A stretch of 64,000 nt of DNA from Pavona decussata (Eukaryota): assembly GCA_977016875.1 (NCBI GenBank), contig CDRNST010000090.1, forward strand, positions 682,001-746,000, in the 5' to 3' direction. The notes under the pieces are model-generated. The model had not been told where the DNA came from and ran no database searches. It saw only the letters and a program-made list of their open reading frames with translations. Within the stretch, counting starts at the first letter, position 1, and the number at the start of each line of letters is the position of its first letter. Positions 24,686-39,151 of this stretch are shown here, one piece after another. Position numbers and translations under genes: made by a program.

Positions 24686-26888
24686 TGACTTATTTTGAAA
24701 TGTACAGAAAAAAACAAATCAAAATATACAGAATACAATGTAAATACTGTAAGAAGCCACTAAATGAAAGCTAATACGTATGTTATAAATCTATATATGA
24801 ACAGTAGAACAACTTACTAATTATTAAAGCAGTTATGATTTTTATGAATTTTTACCTGTTAACTAAATGCTTAACAGGATTTAATTGATATAAGCTACTT
24901 GTATATTTTAATATTAAGTTAGCTATATGTTCATCGAAAGTTGCATGTGAATAAGCCCCAATTTTTTTCCAGAAAGGGATTAAGTACTGGTATTAATTCA
25001 ATGTCGTACAGAGAGTTGATATAGATGTTGTTTCTGCGAATAGCATTGGATCTGTTTTACGGAATAAAAATGCTGGATGTTATTTTGGAGTTACTTTGGA
25101 TGAAGTTGGTTCAACTGTTGTGGGTGATGTGCCCGTCTAGTTGTCTTGGGGTTGCACTACAGATGTGGTTTTGGCCAACTAAGCAAATGGTTTCTTGTAC
25201 TTATGAAGATGTTTACGATTTCTTGTGTACAGTTTGCCATTTCAGTCCGTAGTTTATATGAGGAAATGTCAATTTTTTCTCTAACATGGGTTTTGAACCG
25301 CCTCCGTTTTCTGACAACTTGTTTAAAGGAACTGCGCAAATTTTTTCCTTACTGTAAAAGTGGCACTTGTTTCCTGATACCGTTGTAGTAGTTGGTTTGT
25401 TGGAACTTCTGCTTTATCAGCTTTTTTTCACATCTGCTTGGATCTTTTGTTTTAACAACAAACTGCTGGTGGGAAGCAGTGTTCTTGTTTGCAGTTATCT
25501 TGTTCAGCGACCAAAGATTTTTTGTGTCTGCTGCTGTCGAAAGAAATACAACATCTTTTGGAAGGGTTCTCACGATTGACAAAAAGACCATGACACACTC
25601 CAAACGCAAACTAAACGACCTACCGTTTGGGAATTTTATTTTGGTGTTTTATAATCTGTGCCTCTATAACCGGACTACAATTTGAAAAACATTAACTAAC
25701 TGCATCAGAGAGGCAATTTCTGTCTGTTTTCTTCTGCTTCTGATATGTTTTGTCGAGTGCGAAGGAGAGCATTTTCTTTTTCCTCTAATCCTTTTTCAGT
25801 CTGAACCAACCCGTCTTGGAACTTGGTTTGCACGGTGTTAAGGAGGGTGTGGAATAAATGCAAGCCTAGTTTGAGATGCATTACTTTGTTTTTCAATTTG
25901 AGCCTGTGTACTGAAAATACTTAATAACTGGGGCTTGTGTAACAGCAGTTTTGGAGACTGGAAGGCAAATTGGGGTGATTCATCTTTGTACGGTCGAGTT
26001 CCTTACTTGTAACTTTGTTTAATGAGATTGAATCTTCCAACTTATCTTTAGTAATGTTATAGTGTGTTTTTGGATAGTACAGGAGAGAACCAATAATTGT
26101 TGCTGTTAGCGCTCATTCCTTAGTAAGCTGTACAGAAGGCGTCTACATATTGGGCAGATTAGACTGCCAAGCAGCAAATGTTCGCTGCATCAACATCATC
26201 ATCATCATCATCGTCATTATCGTCAAATGTCAACTTTTCCTTTAAAATGCGTTTTGGACTACTTCTCTTTTCTTAAAACTTGTTTAAAAGAACTGCGCAC
26301 ATTTTTTCCTTACTGTAAAAGTGGCGCTTGTTTGCTGATACGGTTGTAGTAGTTGGTTTGTTTATACTTTTGCTTTATCAGCTTGTCATTCACATCTGTT
26401 TGGATCTTGTGTTTTAACAACGAACTGCTGGTGGGGTGAAGAAGTTCTCGACGAAGCTTTCCAATTTATCAATACGGTACTCTTCCGCCAAAAGGGGGCT
26501 CCTGTAGCATTTGGTCAATAGACTACTGTTGCGTAGCCAAGAGGTTGTTTCATAACTTTTCGACGATAAAACGGGTTTGAAAGCTGATCCAATACGACGG
26601 AGTTTTGGATCAAAATTTTTCGTTCAGGTATCCTGGTTCACTGCAATTTCTGCCTGCATCACATGTTCGTCTCGTGTATTTGCTATAATTTGGTTGCAGG
26701 TCTCCTCAAGTTGTTTCAATAGCCTTTGCCTTCTTTCTTCTCCTTCTGATATCTGTTGTCGAGTGCGAAGGGGGCGCTCTCTTTCTCCTTTAATCCCCTC
26801 TCAGAGGAAGAAAACATATTACGCAGATGCCACTGCCAAGTAGCAAAATCAATCCATATCCGAGAAGGTTTGAGTAGTTCTTTGGGGC

Positions 26889-28594
26889 TAACTTCATAGC
26901 CGCAGGCTTTTGTTAGATGTAATCTATCAAACTATGAAGTTAATTATGCGGAAATTGCCATGGCAACGCATAATTTATTCAAGTCACGCTATAGCGTGAC
27001 CCTAATTTATGCATAAAATTGCATAATTATTACCTAATTAAATTAATATGTTAATGTATGATGATGTCATAATATAATTATTATGATGTCATTATTAGAT
27101 TATTATAGGATGATATAGGCTGCCGTAGTAGGCAACCAATCATACACAATGGGCAAGCCCCTCACGCTACTATATACAGCGTGACTTGACCCAGACGTGA
27201 CATACTATGCTACATATTGTTGACGGAATAGTATTTGAAACAATGGCTGCTTCTTTTGACGGTTATAAGGATACTTCTGGCTATGTGTTCAAACCCTTTG
27301 TACATCCAAAGGATTGTGAAGGTTGTAGCGGCAAAGAATGCGAAGAAGAAGACGAAATGCACTTTTATCATCCCTATGAACACGTTCCAAGAACGCGTAA
27401 ATGGTTGGAAGATATCCAATTCGACTCTGAGAGGGAATACGAGAAGCGTCACAATGTTCCCGAGACACAAGAGGTCATGCAAACTCCAGACATGGATTCC
27501 AGCGATGAAGACGATATTATTATCGTCAAAGAGATGGAAAAGATCGAGCAAGACAAGCCAGATGGGCCTTTGGATGCTTTTAAAGCTCTGATGCAAGGCG
27601 CTAAGGACAAGAAAGAGGACAAGAAAGCGGAAAAGCCCAAGAAAAAACGTATGTCTCTTTCTGTTGTTACTTCTAAAGCTTGTCGCGTTACTTTTAAAAG
27701 TGACTGCAAGGTCACGGATTTGAAAATTAAAACCGGTGAAAAGAAATACCCACTCAAAGAGCAAGGTGTATTTTATTACATTGATGACAAGGGCAATTAC
27801 GTATATGACCTTGAGTTTAATAATTAAACTCGCACTCTGTCACTATGCACTCTCTCACCATTGCGTTATTGTAACTGTAGGAAGGTTGATTGACCCTTAA
27901 CCAGATGCTGAAGTGTGTGTCTGGAATTCTGATGAGGAATTGTTGCACGAAGACCCTATTCGTACTTGTAAAGTGACTAAACGCTTTAAAAGAGAGCATG
28001 AAATTGTTTATTTCTGCGATTGTGCCTTCCACTATGGCACACTTTATTCTTTTGATAATCATGATCAAGCTCATTTGATTTGTGAAGGCGCTAAGAATAG
28101 AATGCAGAAGGAACAACCCGATATGTTTAGAGAGTTGGATTTCCTGTATGTGGCTAATGTCAAACGTATTAATGTCTTTTAGGTAACTACTTCTCAGAGC
28201 ATTACCGTGACATGTTAATATTAACATTGGATTTAATAGTTTACTACTGTTTCATTTATTATGTATGCTTTAATGTATTATCATACATTATAAATCTATT
28301 TTAATGTTGTAGATGATGTCGATGGTTATTGCTGTATTAAGTTAACCTATGACGCAGACTTTGATTACGAGCTGCCATTTACATGTCATTATCCTCATTT
28401 TACTTGATGGCCTTGACAGCTAGTTGTCAAGATATGTCCATATATGTATTAGGAAATTAGGCCACACACCACCAAGATGGGGTTGTAGCCTTGAATTTCA
28501 TCATTAAATATTCAAAATGGAGTCAAAGGCACGTGTTGTTACATGTTATGAATAGTTAATGTGCACCCTGTCACTCGCACTACACTTCGTGACC
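26889..28594 (+). mobile_element. Orphan cassette copy 2
   Basis: Matches copy 1 at an offset of 7378 bp. Confidence 0.85.
27207..27827 (+). CDS. Hypothetical 206-aa protein, copy 2
   Basis: Translation identical to 19829-20449. Confidence 0.6.
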   Translation: MLHIVDGIVFETMAASFDGYKDTSGYVFKPFVHPKDCEGCSGKECEEEDEMHFYHPYEHVPRTRKWLEDIQFDSEREYEKRHNVPETQEVMQTPDMDSSDEDDIIIVKEMEKIEQDKPDGPLDAFKALMQGAKDKKEDKKAEKPKKKRMSLSVVTSKACRVTFKSDCKVTDLKIKTGEKKYPLKEQGVFYYIDDKGNYVYDLEFNN

Positions 28595-31500
28595 CTATAT
28601 TCTTCTATATCCTTTATATTCTAAAAATCGTTCTTCTTTGTAACTTGCAATAAATTTGTACAGACGCAACGCAAAATGGAATCTATTTGTTAATTTTTGT
28701 TGTTGATGCATTAATGTTCAACACTTACCCTTTGGGAATCTGATGTTGGTCTTTTAGAATTTTTGCCTCTATAAGTGGACTGCAATTCGAAAAAACATCA
28801 GTTTACTCTTTGGCTGTAGTTTGCAATTAAAGCAAATAACACTTGTCAAAATTATTCGTCTTCGTAACTTGCAAGAAATCTGTGCATTATCAAGTACAGA
28901 CGCAACGCAAAATAGAATGTATTTGTAATTATTATTGTTGATGCAATAATGTTCATGACCTACCCTTTGGGAATCTGATTTTGGTCTTTTCTAATCTGTG
29001 CCTGTATAACTGGACTACAATTTGAAAAAATCAACTAACTGCATCATGCATTAATGTTTAAGACCTACCCTTTGGGAATCTGATTTTGGTCTTTTATAAT
29101 CTGTGCGCGTGTTCATTTGCTGTAATGTGACACTAATGTGAATTTTGTTTCTGCGCGTAGCATTGGATTTGTTCTATTGAATCGAAATGTTGAAGGTTTT
29201 CTTGGACGAAAATGAAGGATTATGTACTTTGTCAATAATCTTGTCAACCTGGTGGTGGATTCTTCTGCCATTTTGTTATATTTGTAAACAAATCTTAACG
29301 TTGTTGCATTCTTCATAGGAAAATATTCTTAGAGGTAACAATTATAAACACAAAACATTGAACATATGTTAACTTCTTAAAATGAAAAGAATTGTTTGTT
29401 TAGTTATTTAACAGTATTATGTGAGTCTTTGTAACAATCACAGTTCTTACAATCTATTGCACATTTCACAACATACAAGGAAAAAATTTTATATATGTAA
29501 TGTACATTTTTGTTTGTATGTAATTTAAAATATGGTAGTTGCTGATATTTAAGATCCAATTTTTATACAAATTGGTCAAAAAAAAAAAACAAAAACAAAC
29601 CAAAGGAGAAGTTAAAAAAATTTAAATGGAAGTGAATAATAATATGGATAATTTTGCTCAGTTGATAAGTGAAGAGTCGGAGAAGTACTTTTGATGAATA
29701 AGTTTAGTTGGCTTTTTTGCCCTAATACATAGCATTTACCTTATTGTTTTTCTTCGGCATTTATGCAATTATAACATATGTTCTTGGTTGTTATATGGTT
29801 CATTTTCAATTGGAAAGAAGCGTGGTTTTAACTGCTATGGGAGGACGTGTGGTTTTAACGACTTGGTGGACGGTGTTTGTGCATGCTGGTACCGCTGTCC
29901 AGTTTCTCGTGGCAGATGGCAACGGCTGTATTGTGGGTATTTGGGGTCCCTGAAATACAAAGACCAAAAACTAGTCAGCTGACCAGAATTCTTCGTTTCC
30001 GCCTCGCTGGGATTGCAACATTTTTGGTGATGGAGAGTCCAGTAACTCACAAGTGAACTGAGTTTGAATTCATGTCGTTGGGTGGAAAGACTGCGACTTG
30101 AACCTTGCGTGCATACTGGCTAGTAAGGGGTCACACCAATCTTCATCCTGAAACTTACTTTTCTTCTCCTTCTGTTCAGAAAGCACAAAGAAAAACCAGG
30201 ACCCGGGAAGGACATTGGTTCGAAATTCGAGAGGTGGTGCCAATATGAACGATTATGACATTACTGACAAATTTGCCAAACGAGGATGCAAAATGAATGC
30301 CTGTCTGATGCTGTAAAATAATAAATCCCTTGGCCGTTTCCAACGGCTTCCCCTTTAACGGCCAATTTATACTACACCAAGAGAAAAAGAAATCGACCAA
30401 CAACTTGCAACGGTGAATTGGCCTATGCGATTAAACTAGATAATCGGGCCTTTGGCCTTAAGAGTGGGTTCCAATAAATTCAGCAGCGAATGTTCGCTGC
30501 ATCATCAACATCATCGTCATTATAATCGTCATCATTATCATCAAAACGGCACTTTATAAATTGATGAACGGATAATTACAAGATACATCTTTTCCTTTAG
30601 TATTAAGTCATGATTGGTTTCTCTGAGAACTAACAGTCTTCCCAAAAAACTTTAAAATTCCAGTAATCGCATCCCCTCTTCGGTAATACTACTAAAAGAC
30701 ACAACTGGTTCCTGCTTGAGGCAAGTATGGCCAAGCAACAAAACAGTGGATATTCAAGACATTTGTAATTGTTCCAGTTGGCGCTCATCCTTTAGTAAGC
30801 TGTAGAGAGCTGAGGGTGTAGACATATTAGGCAGATGCGACTGCCAAGCAGCAAAATCAATCCATATCGGTCTTTTATAATCTTTGCCTCTATAACCGCA
30901 CTACAATTCGAAAAAAAGAAGTCAGCTAACTCTTTGGCTGTAGTTTGTATTGTTCTATATCCTTTAGATTCTAAATAATCATTCGTCTTTGTAACTTGCA
31001 ATAAATCTGTGCATTATCAGAGTACAGATGCAACGCAAAATGGAATGTATTTGTTAATTATTATTGTTTATGCATTAATCTTCAACACCTACCCTTTGCG
31101 AATCTGCTGCTTTTGATCTTTTATAATCTTTGCCTCTATAACCGGACTACAATTCGAACAAAATCAGCTAACTGCATCAGAGAAGCAGTTCCTGTCTGTT
31201 AAGTCAAGATTGGTTTCTCTGAGAACAAACAGTCTTTCAAAAGAACTCTGAAATTCCAGTAACCGCATCCCCTCTTTTGTAGTACTGCTAAAAGTGACAA
31301 TTGGTTCCTACTTGAGGCAAGTATGGCCAAGCAACAAAACACTGGATATCCGAGACATTTGTAATTGTTCTTGTTAGCGTTCATTCCTTAGTAAGCTGTA
31401 CAGACAGTGTCGACATATTGGGCAGATGCGACTGCCAAGCAGCAAAATCAATCCATATCCGAGAAGATTTGAGTAGTTCTTTAGGGCGTTCATTGTTTTA

Positions 31501-34266
31501 TATCCTTCTATATTTTTCTATATTCTTCTATATCTTCCTCTATTCTTCTATATCCTTTATATTCTTAAAATCGTCCTTCTTTGTAACTTGCAATAAATCT
31601 GTGCATTATCAGAGTACAGACGCAACGCAAAATGGAATCTATTTGTTAATTTTTGTTGTTGATGCATTAATGTTTGACACTTACTCTTTGGGAATCTGAT
31701 TTTGGTCTTTTATAATCTTTGCCTCTATAATCGGATTACAATTCGAAAAAACATCAGTAACTCCTTGGCTGTAGTTTGCAATTCAAGCAAATAACACTTG
31801 TCAAAATTATTCGTCTTCGTAACTTGCAATAAATCTGTGCATTATCATGTGTTTCTGTTAGCGCTCATTCCTTAGTAAGCTGTACAGAAGGTGTCGACAT
31901 ATTGGGCAGATGCGACTGTCAATGCAGCAAATGTTCACTGCATCATCAACATCATCGTCATTATAATCGTCATCATTATCATCAAAACGGCACTTTATAA
32001 ATTGATGAACGGATAATTACAAGATACATCTTTTCCTTTAGTATTAAGTCATGATTGGTTTCTTGACTTATTTTGAAATGTACAGAAAAAAACAAATCAA
32101 AATATACAGAATACAATGTAAATACTGTAAGAAGCCACTAAATGAAAGCTAATACGTATGTTATAAATCTATATATGAACAGTAGAACAACTTACTAATT
32201 ATTAAAGCAGTTATGATTTTTATGAATTTTTACCTGTTAACTAAATGCTTAACAGGATTTAATTGATATAAGCTACTTGTATATTTTAATATTAAGTTAG
32301 CTATATGTTCATCGAAAGTTGCATGTGAATAAGCCCCAATTTTTTTCCAGAAAGGGATTAAGTACTGGTATTAATTCAATGTCGTACAGAGAGTTGATAT
32401 AGATGTTGTTTCTGCGAATAGCATTGGATCTGTTTTACGGAATAAAAATGCTGGATGTTATTTTGGAGTTACTTTGGATGAAGTTGGTTCAACTGTTGTG
32501 GGTGATGTGCCCGTCTAGTTGTCTTGGGGTTGCACTACAGATGTGGTTTTGGCCAACTAAGCAAATGGTTTCTTGTACTTATGAAGATGTTTACGATTTC
32601 TTGTGTACAGTTTGCCATTTCAGTCCGTAGTTTATATGAGGAAATGTCAATTTTTTCTCTAACATGGGCTTTGAACCGCCTCCGTTTTCTGACAACTTGT
32701 TTAAAGGAACTGCGCAAATTTTTTCCTTACTGTAAAAGTGGCACTTGTTTGCTGATACGGTTGTAGTAGTTGGTTTGTTGGAACTTCTGCTTTATCAGCT
32801 TTTTTTCACATCTGCTTGGATCTTTTGTTTTAACAACAAACTGCTGGTGGGAAGCAGTGTTCTTGTTTGCAGTTATCTTGTTCAGCGACCAAAGATTTTT
32901 TGTGTCTGCTGCTGTCGAAAGAAATACAACATCTTTTGGAAGGGTTCTCACGATTGACAAAAAGACCATGACACACTCCAAACGCAAACTAAACGACCTA
33001 CCGTTTGGGAATTTTATTTTGGTGTTTTATAATCTGTGCCTCTATAACCGGACTACAATTTGAAAAACATTAACTAACTGCATCAGAGAGGCAATTTCTG
33101 TCTGTTTTCTTCTGCTTCTGATATGTTTTGTCGAGTGCGAAGGAGAGCATTTTCTTTTTCCTCTAATCCTTTTTCAGTCTGAACCAACCCGTCTTGGAAC
33201 TTGGTTTGCACGGTGTTAAGGAGGGTGTGGAATAAATGCAAGCCTAGTTTGAGATGCATTACTTTGTTTTTCAATTTGAGCCTGTGTACTGAAAATACTT
33301 AATAACTGGGGCTTGTGTAACAGCAGTTTTGGAGACTGGAAGGCAAATTGGGGTGATTCATCTTTGTACGGTCGAGTTCCTTACTTGTAACTTTGTTTAA
33401 TGAGATTGAATCTTCCAACTTATCTTTAGTAATGTTATAGTGTGTTTTTGGATAGTACAGGAGAGAACCAATAATTGTTGCTGTTAGCGCTCATTCCTTA
33501 GTAAGCTGTACAGAAGGCGTCTACATATTGGGCAGATTAGACTGCCAAGCAGCAAATGTTCGCTGCATCAACATCATCATCATCATCATCGTCATTATCG
33601 TCAAATGTCAACTTTTCCTTTAAAATGCGTTTTGGACTACTTCTCTTTTCTTAAAACTTGTTTAAAAGAACTGCGCACATTTTTTCCTTACTGTAAAAGT
33701 GGCGCTTGTTTGCTGATACGGTTGTAGTAGTTGGTTTGTTTATACTTTTGCTTTATCAGCTTGTCATTCACATCTGTTTGGATCTTGTGTTTTAACAACG
33801 AACTGCTGGTGGGGTGAAGAAGTTCTCGACGAAGCTTTCCAATTTATCAATACGGTACTCTTCCGCCAAAAGGGGGCTCCTGTAGCATTTGGTCAATAGA
33901 CTACTGTTGCGTAGCTAAGAGGTTGTTTCATAACTTTTCGACGATAAAACGGGTTTGAAAGCTGATCCAATACGACGGAGTTTTGGATCAAAATTTTTCG
34001 TTCAGGTATCCTGGTTCACTGCAATTTCTACCTGCATCACATGTTCGTCTCGTGTATTTGCTACAATTTGGTTGCAGGTCTCCTCAAGTTGTTTCAATAG
34101 CCTTTGCCTTCTTTCTTCTCCTTCTGATATCTGTTGTCGAGTGCGAAGGGGGCGCTCTCTTTCTCCTTTAATCCCCTCTCAGAGGAAGAAAACATATTAC
34201 GCAGATGCCACTGCCAAGTAGCAAAATCAATCCATATCCGAGAAGGTTTGAGTAGTTCTTTGGGGC

Positions 34267-35969
34267 TAACTTCATAGCCGCAGGCTTTTGTTAGATGTAA
34301 TCTATCAAACTATGAAGTTAATTATGCGGAAATTGCCATGGCAACGCATAATTTATTCAAGTCACGCTATAGCGTGACCCTAATTTATGCATAAATTTGC
34401 ATAATTATTACCTAATTAAATTAATATGTTAATGTATGATGATGTCATAATATAATTATTATGATGTCATTATTAGATTATTATAGGATGATATAGGCTG
34501 CCGTAGTAGGCAACCAATCATACACAATGGGCAAGCCCCTCACTCTACTATATAAAGCGTGACTTGACCCAGACGTGACATACTATGCTACATATTGTTG
34601 ACGGAATAGTATTTGAAACAATGGCTGCTTCTTTTGACGGTTATAAGGATACTTCTGGCTATGTGTTCAAACCCTTTGTACATCCAAAGGATTGTGAAGG
34701 TTGTAGCGGCAAAGAATGCGAAGAAGACGAAATGCACTTTTATCATCCCTATGAACACGTTCCAAGAACGCGTAAATGGTTGGAAGATATCCAATTCGAC
34801 TCTGATAGGGAATACGAGAAGCGTCACAATGTTCCCGAGACACAAGAGGTCATGCAAACTCCAGACATGGATTCCAGCGATGAAGACGATATTATTATCG
34901 TCAAAGAGATGGAAAAGATCGAGCAAGACAAGCCAGATGGGCCTTTGGATGCTTTTAAAGCTCTGATGCAAGGCACTAAGGACAAGAAAGAGGACAAGAA
35001 AGCGGAAAAGCCCAAGAAAAAACGTATGTCTCTTTCTGTTGTTACTTCTAAAGCTTGTCGCGTTACTTTTAAAAGTGACTGCAAGGTCACGGATTTGAAA
35101 ATTAAAACCGGTGAAAAGAAATACCCACTCAAAGAGCAAGGTGTATTTTATTACATTGATGACAAGGGCAATTACGTATATGACCTTAAGTTTAATAATT
35201 AAACTCGCACTCTGTCACTATGCACTCTCTCACCATTGCGTTATTGTAACTGTAGGAAGGTTGATTGACCCTTAACCAGATGCTGAAGCGTGTGTCTGGA
35301 ATTCTGATGAGGAATTGTTGCACGAAGACCCTATTCGTACTTGTAAAGTGACTAAACGCTTTAAAAGAGAGCATGAAATTGTTTATTTCTGCGATTGTGC
35401 CTTCCACTATGGCACACTTTATTCTTTTGATAATCATGATCAAGCTCATTTGATTTGTGAAGGCGCTAAGAATAGAATGCAGAAGGAACAACCCGATATG
35501 TTTAGAGAGTTGGATTTCCTGTATGTGGCTAATGTCAAACGTATTAATGTCTTTTAGGTAACTACTTCTCAGAGCATTACCGTGACATGTTAATATTAAC
35601 ATTGGATTTAATAGTTTACTACTGTTTCATTTATTATGTATGCTTTAATGTATTATCATACATTATAAATCTATTTTAATGTTGTAGATGATGTCGATGG
35701 TTATTGCTGTATTAAGTTAACCTATGACGCAGACTTTGATTACGAGCTGCCATTTACATGTCATTATCCTCATTTTACTTGATGGCCTTGACAGCTAGTT
35801 GTCAAGATATGTCCATATATGTATTAGGAAATTAGGCCACACACCACCAAGATGGGGTTGTAGCCTTGAATTTCATCATTAAATATTCAAAATGGAGTCA
35901 AAGGCACGTGTTGTTACATGTTATGAATAGTTAATGTGCACCCTGTCACTCGCACTACACTTCGTGACC
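34267..35969 (+). mobile_element. Orphan cassette copy 3 (1703 bp)
   Basis: Same junctions as copies 1-2; a 3-bp deletion and several substitutions. Confidence 0.85.
34585..35202 (+). CDS. Hypothetical 205-aa protein, copy 3
   Basis: One-codon deletion plus E>D, A>T and E>K relative to copies 1-2. Confidence 0.6.
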   Translation: MLHIVDGIVFETMAASFDGYKDTSGYVFKPFVHPKDCEGCSGKECEEDEMHFYHPYEHVPRTRKWLEDIQFDSDREYEKRHNVPETQEVMQTPDMDSSDEDDIIIVKEMEKIEQDKPDGPLDAFKALMQGTKDKKEDKKAEKPKKKRMSLSVVTSKACRVTFKSDCKVTDLKIKTGEKKYPLKEQGVFYYIDDKGNYVYDLKFNN

Positions 35970-38900
35970 CTATATTCTTCTATATCCTTTATATTCTAAA
36001 AATCGTTCTTCTTTGTAACTTGCAATAAATTTGTACAGACGCAACGCAAAATGGAATCTATTTGTTAATTTTTGTTGTTGATGCATTAATGTTCAACACT
36101 TACCCTTTGGGAATCTGATGTTGGTCTTTTAGAATTTTTGCCTCTATAAGTGGACTGCAATTCGAAAAAACATCAGTTTACTCTTTGGCTGTAGTTTGCA
36201 ATTAAAGCAAATAACACTTGTCAAAATTATTCGTCTTCGTAACTTGCAAGAAATCTGTGCATTATCAAGTACAGACGCAACGCAAAATAGAATGTATTTG
36301 TAATTATTATTGTTGATGCAATAATGTTCATGACCTACCCTTTGGGAATCTGATTTTGGTCTTTTCTAATCTGTGCCTGTATAACTGGACTACAATTTGA
36401 AAAAATCAACTAACTGCATCATGCATTAATGTTTAAGACCTACCCTTTGGGAATCTGATTTTGGTCTTTTATAATCTGTGCGCGTGTTCATTTGCTGTAA
36501 TGTGACACTAATGTGAATTTTGTTTCTGCGCGTAGCATTGGATTTGTTCTATTGAATCGAAATGTTGAAGGTTTTCTTGGACGAAAATGAAGGATTATGT
36601 ACTTTGTCAATAATCTTGTCAACCTGGTGGTGGATTCTTCTGCCATTTCGTTATATTTGTAAACAAATCTTAACGTTGTTGCATTCTTCATAGGAAAATA
36701 TTCTTAGAGGTAACAATTATAAACACAAAACATTGAACATATGTTAACTTCTTAAAATGAAAAGAATTGTTTGTTTAGTTATTTAACAGTATTATGTGAG
36801 TCTTTGTAACAATCACAGTTCTTACAATCTATTGCACATTTCACAACATACAAGGAAAAAATTTTATATATGTAATGTACATTTTTGTTTGTATGTAATT
36901 TAAAATATGGTAGTTGCTGATATTTAAGATCCAATTTTTATACAAATTGGTCAAAAAAAAAAAACAAAAACAAACCAAAGGAGAAGTTAAAAAAATTTAA
37001 ATGGAAGTGAATAATAATATGGATAATTTTGCTCAGTTGATAAGTGAAGAGTCGGAGAAGTACTTTTGATGAATAAGTTTAGTTGGCTTTTTTGCCCTAA
37101 TACATAGCATTTACCTTATTGTTTTTCTTCGGCATTTATGCAATTATAACATATGTTCTTGGTTGTTATATGGTTCATTTTCAATTGGAAAGAAGCGTGG
37201 TTTTAACTGCTATGGGAGGACGTGTGGTTTTAACGACTTGGTGGACGGTGTTTGTGCATGCTGGTACCGCTGTCCAGTTTCTCGTGGCAGATGGCAACGG
37301 CTGTATTGTGGGTATTTGGGGTCCCTGAAATACAAAGACCAAAAACTAGTCAGCTGACCAGAATTCTTCGTTTCCGCCTCGCTGGGATTAAAACATTTTT
37401 GGTGATGGAGAGTCCAGTAACTCACAAGTGAACTGAGTTTGAATTCATGTCATTGGGTGGAAAGACTGCGACTTGAACCTTGCGTGCATACTGGCTAGTA
37501 AGGGGTCACACCAATCTTCATCCTGAAACTTACTTTTCTTCTCCTTCTGTTCAGAAAGCACAAAGAAAAACCAGGACCCGGGAAGGACATTGGTTCGAAA
37601 TTCGAGAGGTGGTGCCAATATGAACGATTATGACATTACTGACAAATTTGCCAAACGAGGATGCAAAATGAATGCCTGTCTGATGCTGTAAAATAATAAA
37701 TCCCTTGGCCGTTTCCAACGGCTTCCCCTTTAACGGCCAATTTATACTACACCAAGAGAAAAAGAAATCGACCAACAACTTGCAACGGCGAATTGGCCTA
37801 TGCGATTAAACTAGATAATCGGGCCTTTGGCCTTAAGAGTGGGTTCCAATAAATTCAGCAGCGAATGTTCGCTGCATCATCAACATCATCGTCATTATAA
37901 TCGTCATCATTATCATCAAAACGGCACTTTATAAATTGATGAACGGATAATTACAAGATACATCTTTTCCTTTAGTATTAAGTCATGATTGGTTTCTCTG
38001 AGAACTAACAGTCTTCCCAAAAAACTTTAAAATTCCAGTAATCGCATCCCCTCTTCGGTAATACTACTAAAAGACACAACTGGTTCCTGCTTGAGGCAAG
38101 TATGGCCAAGCAACAAAACAGTGGATATTCAAGACATTTGTAATTGTTCCAGTTGGCGCTCATCCTTTAGTAAGCTGTAGAGAGCTGAGGGTGTAGACAT
38201 ATTAGGCAGATGCGACTGCCAAGCAGCAAAATCAATCCATATCGGTCTTTTATAATCTTTGCCTCTATAACCGCACTACAATTCGAAAAAAAGAAGTCAG
38301 CTAACTCTTTGGCTGTAGTTTGTATTGTTCTATATCCTTTAGATTCTAAATAATCATTCGTCTTTGTAACTTGCAATAAATCTGTGCATTATCAGAGTAC
38401 AGATGCAACGCAAAATGGAATGTATTTGTTAATTATTATTGTTTATGCATTAATCTTCAACACCTACCCTTTGCGAATCTGCTGCTTTTGATCTTTTATA
38501 ATCTTTGCCTCTATAACCGGACTACAATTCGAACAAAATCAGCTAACTGCATCAGAGAAGCAGTTCCTGTCTGTTAAGTCAAGATTGGTTTCTCTGAGAA
38601 CAAACAGTCTTTCAAAAGAACTCTGAAATTCCAGTAACCGCATCCCCTCTTTTGTAGTACTGCTAAAAGTGACAATTGGTTCCTACTTGAGGCAAGTATG
38701 GCCAGGCAACAAAACACTGGATATCCGAGACATTTGTAATTGTTCTTGTTAGCGTTCATTCCTTAGTAAGCTGTACAGACAGTGTCGACATATTGGGCAG
38801 ATGCGACTGCCAAGCAGCAAAATCAATCCATATCCGAGAAGATTTGAGTAGTTCTTTAGGGCGTTCATTGTTTTATATCCTTCTATATTTTTCTATATTC

Positions 38901-39059
38901 TTCTATATCTTCCTCTATTCTTCTATATCCTTTATATTCTTAAAATCGTCCTTCTTTGTAACTTGCAATAAATCTGTGCATTATCAGAGTACAGACGCAA
39001 CGCAAAATGGAATCTATTTGTTAATTTTTGTTGTTGATGCATTAATGTTCGACACTTAC

Positions 39060-39151
39060 CCTTTGGGAATCTGATTTTGGTCTTTTATAATCTTTGCCTC
39101 TATAATCGGATTACAATTCGAAAAAACATCAGTTAACTCCTTGGCTGTAGT
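39060..39151 (-). pseudogene. 92-nt RRM exon, best-preserved copy (open frame)
   Basis: TTAKELTDVFSNCNPIIEAKIIKDQNQIPKG with a GG|GTAAGT donor. Confidence 0.6.
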
